Origin: Felis catus
Lineage: Eukaryota
Reading direction: 5' to 3'
NCBI RefSeq assembly: GCF_018350175.1
Contig: NC_058368.1
Coordinates: forward strand, 7,626,001-7,690,000
Length of the DNA stretch: 64,000 nucleotides
Shown here: positions 51,115 through 64,000 of the stretch, one piece after another
How positions within the stretch are numbered: position 1 is the stretch's first letter
How the letters are laid out: every line of letters begins with the position of its first letter
Program-made: the position numbers and the translations under genes
The notes under the pieces: model-generated
Told to the model about the DNA's origin: nothing
Databases searched by the model: none
The model's input: the letters and a program-made list of their open reading frames with translations, nothing else

Positions 51115-51652
51115 CAGTTGGGAGTTGAATTGTGTCCCCCTAAAATTCATATGTTGAATCTTAAGCCCCACTGCTTCAGAATGTGGCCTTATCCAAAATA
51201 AGGCCTTTCCACAGGTGATCAAGTTAAAACGAGGCCATTTGGATGGGCTCTAATCCATCCTGGCGTGCTGACAGGAAGGGGCAATTTGAAGGAAACACGC
51301 ACCCGGAAGCAGGCCATGTGAAAGCGACGATAGTGGGGCACGTGGGGGGCTCAGTAGCGTCTGACTCTTGATTCTGGCTCGGGGCATGATCTCACAGTTC
51401 ATGAGTTCGAGCCCTGTGTTCGGAGCCTGCTTGGGATTCTCTCTCTCCCTTTCTCTGCCCCTCCCCTTCTCTCTCTCTCTCTCTCTCTCTCAAAATAAAT
51501 CAATAAACTTAAAAAAAAAAAAAAGAGAAAAGAAAATGAAGATAGAGCTCTATGGGCCAAGGAGAAAGGCCTGGAACAGAGCCTTCAGAAGGGACCAACC
51601 CTGAGGACGTCTGGATTTCACACTTCTAGGCCGCTCTAGCAAACTAATATAC
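51115..51652 (+). mobile_element. MLT1-type MaLR LTR with an inserted Can-SINE (51335-51533)
   Basis: gttgaattgtgtccccc-aaaattcatatgttgaa start; ctagcaaactaatataca end. Confidence 0.8.
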
Positions 51653-51965
51653 AAACAATAGTCACAAAATTCGTAATAGGCGGGTAACTGTGTTTGTGAT
51701 TATTGGTATGTCGATAAGAATCTACATGGCAATGGCAAATTGGTACCTGTGTTAGAAGGAACTTAAAAACCAAAATATTTTCTGGGCCGATTCCCACCGC
51801 CCAACCCCCCACCTTGGCTCACTGCCACCACCATACTTCTTGGCAGCTTTAAGTAACTGAGGTTATGTTGAGAGGAAGGTGTGATAGCAACTTCTGTCTC
51901 GGGACCCTTCACCTGTCACTCTCCTAACACCCAGCACAGCACGCCCACGCACACATGTGCATGCA

Positions 51966-51967
<2 letters not shown>

Positions 51968-52014
<47 letters not shown>
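51968..52014. repeat. (CA)n microsatellite
   Basis: Direct reading. Confidence 0.95.
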
Positions 52015-52016
<2 letters not shown>

Positions 52017-52287
52017 GCTTCTTCAGGTGAAGAGCAGGGTAGGTAGGTCTTCTGCTACTGATCACAAGCCATACTTCTGGCTTTCTGTATTCATTTATTC
52101 AGCAAGTAACGGGTAAGTTCATGTACTCAATATCTGATAAGTGCTAGACCATCTACTGGGCACTATGGGACTAGGAAGAAAAGACATTGATCTTGTCCTT
52201 AAAGGGTTTCAAGTCTAGTAGGAAGGAATAACTAAAACACCAGGTGAAATATAATGTGCCCCATGAAAAGACACCAACTACTTTGAT

Positions 52288-54013
52288 GGGGGTGCCTGGG
52301 TGGCTCAGTCGGATAAGCATCTGACTTCAGCTCAGGTCATGATCTAGCGGTTCGTGGGTTCGAGCCCCGCGTCGGGCTCTGTGCTGACAGCTCAGAGTCT
52401 GGAGCCTGCTTGGGATTCTATGCCTCCCTCTCTCCCGGTCCCTCCCCCCACTTGCACTCCATCTCTCTCTGCCTCTCAAAAAGAAATAAACATAAAAAAA
52501 AAAGGATACCTACTACTTTGAAAGGGAAATTTGAGGGGCACTTGGGTGGCTCAGTCAGTTGGGTGTCCGACTTTGGCTCAGGTCATGATCTCCAGGTTCG
52601 TGGGTTCGAGCCCCGTGTCAGGCTCTGTGCTGACAGTTCAGAGCCTGGAGCCTGCTTCAGATTCTGGGTCTCCCTCTCTCTCTGCCCCTCCCCTGCTCGC
52701 ACTCTGTTCTCTCTCTCTCTCTCAAAAATAAATAAACATTAACAAAAAATCTTAAAAAAAAAAAACAACGAAAGGTAAATTTGAGTGCTCTGGAACTTTG
52801 GAGAAGAGACAGGTAACTTCCAAGCTGGGATGGGGGTGGTGGGGATGCTTCACTGAAATCCAGAAATTGAGCGGGGTCTTTTTTTTTTTTTTTTTTTTAA
52901 TTTTCTGAGAGAGAGAGAGAGGGTGAATGCGCACAGGGGAGGGGCAGGGAGAGAGAAGGAGACACAGAATCCAAAGCAGGCTCCGCGGCCCAGAGCCTGA
53001 CGTGGGGCTCAAACTCACAAACCATGAGATCATGGCCTGAGTGGTAGTCAGACGTTTAACTGACTAAGCCACCCAGGCGCCCCTTAAAATTTTTTTTTAA
53101 TGTTTTATTTATTTTCGAGCTGGGTCTTAAAAGACAGGCACAGAATAAAGTAAAAACAAAACAAAACAAAATTTAAAAAACCTGACGTGCTGGAAGAAAA
53201 TATTCGCAACACAGACTACAAATAAATTCCCCTAATTTATAAAGAATTTTTTTGACAATGAGGGATGCAGGACACAAAAGAAAAATGGGAGAAAGAACTG
53301 AATAGACAGTTCACCAAAGACAGATGTAAAGACTTGCCCTTGAATATATGAAAAAAATGTTCAAACTCAATTATAATTAGAAAATATAAATTAAAACAAC
53401 ACTGAGGGGTGCCTGGGTGGTTCAATTGGTTAAGCGTCCGACTCTTGGTTTCAGCTCAGCTCATGATCTCACGGTTCTTAAGTTCAAGCCCCATGTCAGG
53501 CTCCGTGCTGCCAGTACAGAGTCTGCTTGGGATTCTTTCTCTCTCGCTCTCTCTCTGCTCCTCCCCTGCTCACATTCTCTCTCTGAAAATAAATAAATAA
53601 ACTTAAAAACAACAACAACACTGAGATACTACTTATCTGTCAATCTGCCAAAAATTTTGAAGTATGACCACACGTTTTGTTGGCGAGGTTGGGAGGAAGC
53701 AGCTATTCTATACATTTCTGGAGGAATGCATGCTGGTACAATCCTTCTGGGGAGCATCTGGCAATAGCTAATACAACTATGTGTGCTTGGGGCACCTCGG
53801 TGGCTCAGTCGGTAAAGTGTCCTACTCTTGATTTCAGCTCAGGTCATGATCTCGTGGTTCATGAGTTCAAGTCCCATATCAGGCTCTGCACTGACAGTGT
53901 GGAGCCTGCTTGGGATTCTCTGTCTCTTACTCTCTCTGCCCTGCACTCCCTTGTGTCCTCTCTCTCTCTTCCTCTCTCTCAAAGATAAATAAATAAACTT
54001 AAAGAAAAGAAAA
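52288..54013. mobile_element. Cluster of five Can-SINEs (52288-52503+, 52535-52766+, 52879-53083-, 53406-53608+, 53789-54013+) within L2/L1 remnants
   Basis: Five distinct heads and tails. Confidence 0.88.
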
Positions 54014-54019
54014 ATATTA

Positions 54020-54990
54020 TGTTGGATACTATAAAGTTAAAGACAAAAAGAATTGTACACAAAGGCTGTATTCGCGTTAGTAATTCTGTGTCTCACTGGG
54101 GCGTGGGTTAGCAATTCTGAAATCAGGTTACGTATATACTAGGTTTACATAAGTCATTTATTATAGATAATTAGAACCAGGTTTCTTACTATCGAAGAAC
54201 GAAGTACAAAATTGGAAAGAAGGAAAGGTTGAATAAACCCTTTGCTGAATTGAAAGCAGAGCTATCAGCATGATTTCTGGTGGTATATACATAGGTAAAT
54301 AGATAGATGCAGAGATGATAGAGAGATAAATAGAGTGTGTGTGGGGGGGGGGAGTAGTGTAAGTACGTACATTGCCTAGAGGCAATGATGTCCCAATAGC
54401 AGTGAGCACACCCAACTCTCAGACCTTGGTTTCTAAACACCATCCTCCAGTGTTTTGGAGAGCTTTTTAGAGAAATGGCTAATTCCAGGGCTGAACTGTC
54501 CTGCAGCCCTGGAAAGTAAGGAAGTGCTTGAGAAAACAAGGGAATGTGTTGAAATGACACAGAAGTCTATATGAAGTAGCTCCCAATGGCCTAAGTTGGA
54601 CAAATCTGAATACCATAATAAAAATGATAGTCTCAGGTCATAACTCATAGAATCAAATAAATATCTCTGAGTCCATATTGATATGAATAAATTGAATAGA
54701 AAGAAGAGATAGCTCTTCTTCACAGAATTCCACTGTATAAATGTAGAGGGAATGGGGGGAAAAGAAAATCACCCTTAGGCAAACATCACAGTAAAACTGT
54801 TGTGGCAAGATCCCCAACGGGTGCTAAAATCAGTAGGTGAAAATTGGAGGAGAAACCGGATATTTGCATCTTCCCCCAGATACTTGTTAATTACAAAGAA
54901 AACAAACAGTAACTCTGCAGTGGAGAAACCCAGCACCCACACCACATTCATCTTCAAACAGAAATGATAAATGATGACGTTAAACAATTA
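54020..54990 (+). mobile_element. Old L1 (L1MC/MD-like) 3' region
   Basis: ttttagagaaatggctaattccagggc...gtagctcccaatggcc...atacttgttaattacaaag...cagtggagaaacc. Confidence 0.65.
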
Positions 54991-55165
54991 AGTGGGTTGT
55001 GGGAACAGTAAAATCATCTTACTTTGGTTCTAGGATATATTGGTAACACAGCTAAGGATGTAGCTGCCTATTTATTCAAGTTACATTGGCACGTTTTGTC
55101 TACTAGAGTGCTTGGTTATTCAGAACGCGCCCGAACTATAAGATTCCCAGAAAGATGTCTCATCT

Positions 55166-55373
55166 GGGGCACCTGGGTGGCACAGTAGGTTAAGCCCCTG
55201 ACTTCGGCTCAGATCATGATCTCACGGCTTGTGAGTTCGAGCCCCGCGTCGGGCTCTGTTCTGACAGCTCGGAGCCTGGAGCCTGCTGCGGATTCTGCGT
55301 CTCCCTCTCTCTCTGCCCCTCCCCTGCTCACGCTCTGTCACCCTCTCTCTCTCAAAAATAAATAAACTTTAAA

Positions 55374-55416
<43 letters not shown>
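55166..55416 (+). mobile_element. Can-SINE with (GAAA)n tail
   Basis: TSD agaaagatgtctcatctg. Confidence 0.92.
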
Positions 55417-55418
<2 letters not shown>

Positions 55419-55939
55419 GTCTCATCTGAGCAGTGTGAACTGTGGATGAAATCTAAACCATTATTTTCAAGAATGCTGCTACCCTAATAATCCACTTCAC
55501 GTTAAAGTAGGAAAATACCCAAAAAGAGCAGCTTCAGCTTCAAGGAGGTAAAAGCTGTGTAGACATCTTTGCAGCATCTAGGATTTGCAGGACTGTCTGT
55601 GAAATGCTGTTTGAGAGCTATGAGGTCTTAATCCAATCCTGAATATTGCATAAGCATACAATTTATACTGCATGAAAAAAATAATGCAGGGCTTAATACT
55701 AGGAACCAAGACCCATTATTAGCTTTTTTTGAAGACTGTATTTTATAAGAAAACACTGAAACGTAAGCAGCTATTTTCTTAAGTTGAAAAGACAATAAAA
55801 GTTTAAAACATCATGGCAAATAATATTAACATTTTTTTGTCCACACGGAAATCCTGTGTATGCAAAGTGTCATTATTAATAAGCAATATGTTATGGTGCC
55901 AATTTCTGTTAAAAATCTGACATAAAAAATCATGTTTTA

Positions 55940-56166
55940 GGGGCGCCTGGGTGGCGCAGTCGGTTAAGCGTCTGACTTCAGCCAGGTCATGATCTCGCGG
56001 TCCGTGAGTTCGAGCCCCGCGTCAGGCTCTGGGCTGATGGCTCAGAGCCTGGAGCCTGTTTCCGATTCTGTGTCTCCCTCTCTCTCTGCCCCTCCCCCGT
56101 TCATGCTCTGTCTCTTTCTGTCCCAAAAATAAATAAAAAACGTTGAAAAAAAAATTAAAAAAAAAA
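55940..56166 (+). mobile_element. Young feline Can-SINE
   Basis: TSD aaaaatcatgtttta. Confidence 0.93.
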
Positions 56167-56185
56167 TCATGTTTTAAATCAGAAG

Positions 56186-56187
56186 TT

Positions 56188-56236
<49 letters not shown>

Positions 56237-56436
56237 ATGTTTATTTATTTTTGAGAGAGACAGGGACAGAGTGTGAACAGGGGAGGGGCAGAGAGAGGGA
56301 GACACAGAATCTGAAACAGGCTCCAGGCTCTGAGTTATCAGCCCAGAGCCTGACGCCGGCCTTGAACTCACAAGCCATGAGATTGGGACCTGAGCCAAAG
56401 TCGGACGCTTAACCGACTGAGCCACCCAGGCGCCCC
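56186..56436 (-). mobile_element. Can-SINE with (TTTA)n tail
   Basis: TSD cagaagttttat. Confidence 0.92.
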
Positions 56437-57531
56437 CAGAAGTTTTATATTCTTATAAAATTCACACTATTTTTAAAATTTGAGAATATTTTTGCTATCT
56501 CTGATTTTAGGGGGGTGGGGAATGAAGTTCAGGGCGTCGTGTTATGTGTTTAGGTATTACACCCACGTAAAAGAAAGCAGTGACTACCCATCGGCATGAA
56601 TCCTTCACTGAAAATGTTCACGGAATCGGCTAAGGTATGCTCCCTTTTTGCCGTATGTTTCTAATATTTTGAAATATTTTCAGTCCTCTGTTATTTAAGC
56701 TTCCTTCCTCTGAGTAAATACCTAAGCTGTTATACGAACTGCTTGGAGGAGAAGGGTGATGAAGAACAAAGGTGGAACCCGACGGAGCCAGAGTCGGATA
56801 ACAGAGCAATCTCACGTCAGCTTAATGGGAAGTCACTGAAGGGTCCAAGCCAGGCAGTGAAGGATGTAGCTGTGCCTCAGAAAGAGTCTGGCAGCCCTGT
56901 CTGAGATGAACTCTAGAAGGAAGAAGTCCCTTGCAATATCATTGGGATCATGGGGGAGATACTGAGGGCTTGAATTCTGGAAGTGGCTGTGGGACCAGAG
57001 AATAGGAGGAGATTAAGTGAGAGCTAGCAAAGCAAGGAAATTGACAAGACTTGGTAACTGACCGAATGTGAAGGTAAGGGAGAGGAAGCAGCCCAAAACG
57101 ATGCTGACCTTTCAAGCCTGGGAACTAGACAGGGCCAGAAACAGAAATCAGTTAACACAAGCATAGGAGCAGGTTTGGGGAAGTAGAGATGAAATAAAAT
57201 AGATAGGTAGATTTTAATGAGCAAACGGAAAACCCATTTTAACCATAACCAGGAGGCAGTTGGAAATTAGGGGCTCAGGTTTGAGGGAGAAGCTTGGGTT
57301 CTCTTCAAGGAGAAAGGGTAATTTCTGTTACTTATTCATGCTCAGCATTGGTGTCCTTCCTGAATTCAAACCCGAGAGAACGTGATCTGGATGGAATGGA
57401 GTGCATATGAGTACATAATATACTTCCAAACACAGAAAGAAAAATCCATATGGCCATGGTAGGCCTCAACAGCTTACAAAGTATGGTCTCTAGAGAAAAT
57501 AGCTGAAGTTAGAATTTTAACATTACTTTAC

Positions 57532-57653
57532 CATGGGATACGATGATGATATCCCCAGTGATGAATCATTGTTCTTATGATTGATTAAAACACACTTGAT
57601 CACAGGCAGATCTTGATTTGTAATAGTCTCAAATATCATTGCTGAAAAAACAA
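57532..57653 (-). CDS. FLT3: FLT3 exon 2 (end of signal peptide, start of ectodomain)
   Basis: VFSAMIFETITNQDLPVIKCVLINHKNNDSSLGISSSYPM; 122 nt, cag/gtaaag. Confidence 0.95.
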
Positions 57654-58559
57654 CTGTAAAACAAAATAAAGACAAGGATGTTGATAACACGCACACCTTG
57701 AAAAGAAAGTATGTATTCATTGTACAACAAAACAACAAAACAAAATTAATCTCGCAAAGGTGGCCAACGGGAAAGTACATATGAAATACAACTTCATCAA
57801 CATCAAGTCTCACTATGAATCAGGGGCAGGGGTACTTGGAGCAGTGCTGTCTTCTAGAAGGTTCTGCAATGATAGAAATAGTCTTTGTGCCGTCCAATGT
57901 GATATTGACCATGTGAAATAAGCATAGTGGCTGCTAAGAATTTGAAGTAAGGGTAGTGCCCTGAGGAACTGATTATTTGCATGCAAGCAATTTCTTCTTC
58001 TTTACGGATGCTTGTGAAATGTTTCCTTTGTGCCCTAAAAGCTTTAGAATTATGTGCCTTACGGACAGTCTCTTTTCATCCGTCGTGCAAGATGCTCAGG
58101 GGGCCTTTTCAATCCAGCAACTCATATTCTTCTCTTAGGAAAAGTTTCTTGAATTATTTCTTTGATTCTTTCTCTCTCCTTCACTTTCTGTTCTCCTATC
58201 ATTTGGATGTTTTCCCCCAAATGATTGACGATCCTGGACAGTGTGCTCATAAAGAAGAATGAAGTCTGACTTGCTGTCCCATCGTCTCTGTATGGTTATT
58301 TTTAGGTTTTCTCCTGGGCTAATCAGATTCCCCAGGGGAGACTCCTCTCTCGTGTCGGCAGCCCAGTTCTGGGAGCCTGCTGTTAGCAATTTATACTCGT
58401 GTGGGGGTCCTGCAGTGGAAATCGGGTTGCTTTTCAGCTTTCTCATCCTCTATCTTATGATTCAGCTTTCTTCATGCGTTTTAAAGCTTTCTAAATTTTA
58501 TTTTCTGCCTCTCCAGAAAATAAGTTTATGTCTTTAAAAAAAAAAAACAAAACTGTTAG

Positions 58560-58910
58560 GGAAAGTGGGTGATGGGCATGGAGGAGGGCACCTGTTGGGA
58601 TGAGCACTGGGTGTTGCCTGGAAACCAAGTTGACAATAAATATCGTATTAAAAAAAACCAAAACCGTCATTTGGGGGGCCTGGGTGGTTCAGTCGGTTAA
58701 ACGTCCGACTCTTGATTTCAGCTCAGGTCACGATCACACAGTTCATGGGATCGAGCGGTGTGTTGGCCTCGGTGCTGACAGTGCAGGTCCTGCTTGGGAT
58801 CCTCGGTCTCCCTCTCTCTCTGCCCCTCCCCTGCTCACGAGTGCGCACACTCTCTGTCTCGCTCTCTCTCTCAAAATAAATAAACTTAAAATAAGATAAG
58901 ATAAAATAAA
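58560..58910 (+). mobile_element. Short carnivore L1 3' end (about 58560-58657) followed by a Can-SINE (58673-58910)
   Basis: aaagtgggtgatgggcat...ggatgagcactgggtgttg...tgacaataaat plus A tail. Confidence 0.8.
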
Positions 58911-59139
58911 ATGGTATTTCTTTAGTATCAATTTCTGGAAGTGGAATTAGTGGATTAAAGGATATAAACATACTTAAATGGTTCTTGGAATGCATCGCCA
59001 TTTGGTTTTCCAAAGGTGCCATACCAATTTACATAGCTACCTGTAAGGTGTGAATTTAATAGTTTTACTACAATCACATTAGCATTTAGTCATTATGTAC
59101 TTTTTAATTCCCTTAATATAGCTCCTAGTCTTTTTCCCC

Positions 59140-59248
59140 CCCTTTTTCTTTTTTTAAAAAAAAATCTCTAGACCCAACATGGGGCTCGAACTCAGGACCC
59201 CGAGATCAAGCATTGCATGTTCTTCCATCTGAGCCAGTCAGGTGCCCC
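59140..59248 (-). mobile_element. Short tRNA-like SINE
   Basis: TSD cctagtcttt. Confidence 0.8.
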
Positions 59249-60861
59249 AACCCTAGTCTTTTGAAGGAAATCAAATGAGCACAGCTGCAAGGGATAGGGG
59301 AAAACAAAACAAAATTAGAGAATTCAAGAACTTTCCCTGCTCTATGCTATTCCCTAGTGGTTTTTGCCCCTCCCCACTCTTTTTTCAAATAGTTTTATTC
59401 AGTATAATTAATATACAATAAGTTGAACATATTTAGAATGCATAATTTGGTAAGTTTTGACATAAATACATATCTATCCGTAAGACCATCGCCACAGTCA
59501 AGTTTCTGTGCCCCCAAAAGTTGCCACGTGCCTCTCTGTAATCCCTTCCTCCTATTCACCCCACAGCCACACACCAAGCAACCTCTGATCTCCTTTCTGT
59601 CACTATAGATTAGCTTGAATTTTCCAGGATTTCAGATAAATGGAATCACATAGTACGGAATTTCTGGTTTTGTCTGGCTTCTATCAGTACATATTATTTT
59701 TAGATCCATCCCTATTGTAGCAGTATATCGGTTGCTCATGCCTTTTAACTGATGGGTAGTAGTCTATTATATAGATATAACACAATATTTGAATTCATTT
59801 ACCGGTTGACAGAATTTAAACTGTTTCCACTTTTAGCCTCTTATAAATAAAGCTGCTATGAATATTTGTATGAAAGTCTTGGCATGGACATATGCTTTTA
59901 TTTTTCTTGACTAAATACCAAGGATTGGAGTACCCAAGTCATATGGGAGGGAGGTGTCTATGTAACTTTCTCGTGCCAAACTGCTCTCCAAAGAGGTTGT
60001 ATCATTTTATATCCCTATTGTCATTGTATGGGGATTACAGCTGTGGAATTCACATCCTCACCAACACTTGGTATGCTGGGAATTTTTTTTTTAATTTTTT
60101 TTTCAACGTTCTATTTATTTTTGGGACAGAGAGAGACAGAGCATGAACGGGGGAGGGGCAGAGAGAGAGGGAGACACAGAATCGGAAACAGGCTCCAGGC
60201 TCTGAGCCATCAGCCCAGAGCCCGACGCGGGGCTCGAACCCACGGACCGCGAGATCGTGACCTGGCTGAAGTCGGACGCTTAACCGACTGCGCCACCCAG
60301 GCGCCCCGGGAATTTTTAATTTTAGCCATTGTACTAGGTATATGATATTGTGGTTTCAACATTTATTTTCCTACTAATGATGTTCAGTATCCTTTCAGAT
60401 GCTTATATGACATACTTTACGTTCTTTGGCAGTGTTTCTGTCCACATATTTTGTCCAATTCAAGCCTTTTAAAACTAGGTTGCTTATTTTCTTATTATTG
60501 TTTTGATCGTTTTTTCCTCCTAGTTTTATTATGTTACTGTCAACATGTAACATTGTATAAGGTTAAGGTATACAATTACATCCCCAGAATTTATAACTGG
60601 AGGTTTGTACCTTCTGACCACCTTCACCCATTTCGTCCACCCCCATGCCTCTCACAACCACCAATCTGATCTGTTTCTGTGAGTTTGATTTTTTAGATTC
60701 TACAGATTAGTGAGATCATGCAGTATTTATCTTACTCTCTCTGACTCATTTCACTTAGCATAATGCCCCCAAGGTCCATTCATGTTGTCAAAAATTTCTT
60801 TCTTTTTTTACAGTGGAATAATATTCATAAATAGATAGATACCTATCTCAATAGCAACAAC

Positions 60862-60864
<3 letters not shown>

Positions 60865-60912
<48 letters not shown>
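60865..60912. repeat. (AG)n microsatellite
   Basis: Direct reading. Confidence 0.95.
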
Positions 60913-60918
<6 letters not shown>

Positions 60919-62096
60919 GAAATCTGGTTGGAAACTGTGCCTCCTTTTTCCAAGGAGGGCAACATCACTAATCATTAGGGAAATACAAACCAAAACCACA
61001 ATGATGGGGCACCTGGGTGGCTCAGTTGGTTAAGCATCTGACTCTTGGATTCAGCTCTGGTCACTTTCTCACAGTTTCATGAGTTAGAGCCCCACGTTTG
61101 GTTTTGAGCTGGCAGTGAGGAGCCTGCTTGGGATTCTCTCTCTTTCTCCCTCTCTCTGTCCCTTCCCTGCTTGCACTCTTTCTCTCACAAAATAAATAAA
61201 CTTAAAAAATAAAAAAAAAAACCCACAATGAAATGTTATCTAACACCTGTGAGAATAAACATCATTTAAAAGACAAGAGATGACAAGTGTCGGCGAGGAT
61301 ACGGACAAAAAAAGAACCCTTGTGGGGCACGTGGGTGGCTCAGTCAGTTAAGCGTTCATCTTCGGTTCAGGTCATGATCTCGTGGTCCGTGGGTTTGAGC
61401 CCCACGTCGGGCTCTGTGCTGACAGCTCAGAGCCTGGAACCTGCTTCAGATTCTGGGTGTGTGTGTGTGTGTGTCTCTCTCTGTCCCTCTCCCACTCATG
61501 CTCTCTCTCAGAAATAAGTAAACATTAGCAAAGAGAGAGAGAGAACCCTTGTACACTATTGGAGGGGATGTAAAGGGGCACAGCTACTATGGAAAACAGT
61601 ATACATATAGATGTATATTCACCTACCTGCCTACCTACCTATCTATCTCACATTTTCTTTAACCACTCATCCATCAGTGGATACTGAAGTCACTTCCAAG
61701 TCTTGGCTACTGTAAAAAGTGCTGTTGGGGAGGGGGGGTTGCAGATATCTATCTGAGATAGTGATTATCCTTCAGATACACACCCTGAAGTAGAATTGGT
61801 GTGGATCAAAGGCTCTATTTTTTATTTTTTTGGTAACTTATATACTCTTCCAAAGTAGCTGTACACATTCCCTCTAATAGTGCACAAGGGTTCTCTTTTG
61901 TTCATATCCTTGCCAACACTTGTCATCTTTTGTCTCTTTAATGACGGCAATTCTAACAGGTGGTTAGAATTCTAACATTGTGGTTTTGATCTGCATTTCC
62001 CTAATGATTAGTGATGCTGTCCTCTTTGGGAAAAGGGTCTATTCATTTCTTCTGTGCATTTTCCAACCAGATTTCTTTTTCTTCTTTTTTCTTTCT

Positions 62097-62175
62097 TTTC
62101 CTTCCTTCCTCCCTTTCTTCCTTCCTTCCTTCCTTCCTTCCTTCCTTCCTTCCTTCCTTCCTTCCTTCCTTCCTT
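62097..62175. repeat. (TTCC)n microsatellite
   Basis: Direct reading. Confidence 0.95.
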
Positions 62176-64000
62176 TTTTGTTGCTACTGAGTTGTAGGAG
62201 TTATTTTTATATTTTAGATATTAATCCTTTATCAGATATATAATTTGCAAATGTTTTCTTCCATTCCACAGGTTACCTTTTCATATTTTTGATGGTTTCT
62301 GATGCTGTGCCAAAGCTTTTTAGTTTTGTGTAGTCCCATTCATTTATTCTTTCTCTTGTTACTTTTGCCTTTGGTGTCAAATCCAAAAAATCTAATCTTG
62401 TTAAGACAGATGTCAAGGAGATTACCCCCTGTGTTTTCTTCTATGAGATTTATGGTTTTAGGTCTTACATTCAAGTCTTTAACCTACTTCGAGATTTTTG
62501 TGTATGGCCTAAGATAGTGGTGTAGTTTCATTATTTTGCATGTGGCTGTCCAGTTTTCCCAACTGTATATGTCATCTTTCCCCGACTGTATACACTTGGC
62601 CCCTTTGTTACAAATTAATTAACCACATGTGCATGAGTTTATTTCCGGGCTCTCTATTCTGTTTCATTGATCTGCGTGTACAGAAATGTACATTGAACTG
62701 GAAGAATTTTCTGGAAAGACTGGCATTCATGCTTCCTTGAATGTTTGGTAGAATTCACAAATGAAGCCAACTGGTCCTGGATTTTCTTTGTTGGTAGATT
62801 TTTCATTACCGATTCAATCTCCTTACTAGCGATTCTGTTCAAATTTTCTGTTGATCTTCCCGGTTCAGTCTTCGGTAGGTTGTATGTTTTCAGAAGTTTA
62901 TCCATTTCTTCTAGATTGTCCGATTTGTTTGCAAATAAGTGTCCATAATAGTCTCATGATCTTTTGTATTTCCATGGAGTTTTTATGACCGCTAATTTGA
63001 ACTCTTTATGGGTGAACCATTTAGCTTTGTTTCACTAAGGTTTGTTTCCGGAGTTTTCACTTCTTCTTTTGTTTGGAACACACTCCTTTTCATTTTCCTT
63101 GACTCTCTGTGTTGGTGTCCGTGCATTGGATAAAACAGCCACCTCTCCCAACCTTCACAGAATGGTCTCATGCAGGAGAGGAACCGTCTCAGAAAGTCCA
63201 GGCTTAGGTCTTTGTTGGCCCTCAAACCCTTGTGATTGTCCAAGTCACTGGTTCCTAAGAGTGAGGGTTGGGCCAAGACCTTGTCAGTGTCGCAAAGGGG
63301 AGGGCCTAAGTAAGATGAACAGTGACTGGAAGGGTGACTCAAAAGTAGTAGCATTTAAAGTCAGGGCTCCAAACCCGTGCACATTCCCCCTTCAGGGAGA
63401 TACTAACAGAAGGAAAATGTAGAGACATGCTTGCTAGCCTCCCCAGTCTTGGCCAGGATCACAGTCAGTTCCTAGATATATGTTAAATTAGGAGCCTAAC
63501 CCTCAGGCTGCAAACAGGTCTCTTTAAGGGAAAGACTGGGAGACATTTCTATCTGTGGCTTCTGCACCGCACCCTGGGGGGATAACCACAGCAAGTCCTC
63601 CCAGGCCCAAAGAACTGCTTCTTTGTTTGCTACAATCTGTTTCTTTGTTTGGTATAGTCTCAAGGATGCAAGCCCCATTGTTTTTCAGAGCCACTGTTTT
63701 TCAGAGCCAGGAGTTCTGGGAGCCGGTCCCAAGGTGGAATTCTTAAAAAATAGGAATGCTAGATGTTGGGTCAAACAAACCCTTTCATTACTCAGGGAGG
63801 AGCTGAGGGTGGTGAGTTCCCTCTCGTTTGTATATTGATTGCTATGTCAGGGATTGGGTTCTGGTGAGATTGACATATGTCTCTGCCTTTTCCACCCATT
63901 TCAATGTGGGTTTTTTTTCCTCATTTCCTCATTGTGTTGGAGCCACTTAGCTGTTTTCTGGATTTCTTTCAGAGAAAATGTTCCATGTGCAGCTGTCGAT

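Larger units (their letters stand above)
59385..64000 (-). mobile_element. Nested decayed L1 elements in intron 1 with Can-SINE insertions (60083-60307-, 61006-61221+, 61324-61543+)
   Basis: L1 3' UTR motifs and an ORF2-like remnant MDKLLKTYNLPK...KEIESVMKNLPTKK at 62654-62905, with frameshifts. Confidence 0.8.

Noticed and set aside
62654..62905. L1 ORF2-like peptide
   Set aside because: A short, frameshifted fossil and not an active element.

Overview
Mammalian genomic DNA from a carnivore, almost certainly a felid, because it carries feline-type Can-SINEs. The window holds exons 2-24 and the 3' UTR of the receptor tyrosine kinase gene FLT3 on the minus strand. Exon 1 and the promoter lie beyond the right edge. 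All 23 visible exons have GT-AG boundaries and join in frame: 2942 nt including the TAG stop. The Ig-like ectodomain, transmembrane, juxtamembrane and split kinase domains are intact, with no ITD, D835 or F691 change. The introns hold about 50 Can-SINEs plus L1, L2, MIR, MaLR, Tigger and hAT fossils and microsatellites. I see no evidence for a new gene system. The best leads concern splicing and local structure. Intron 13 is a stop-free, in-frame 87-nt intron with a tandem donor at the juxtamembrane border. A CFTR-like (TG)11T6 tract sits at the exon 4 acceptor. Inverted SINEs flank exon 23, with in-frame read-through into one of them. Exon 11 has one extra codon, and an intron 1 L1 contains an old inverted duplication. 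Repeat boundaries are approximate, and comparisons with human are from memory.
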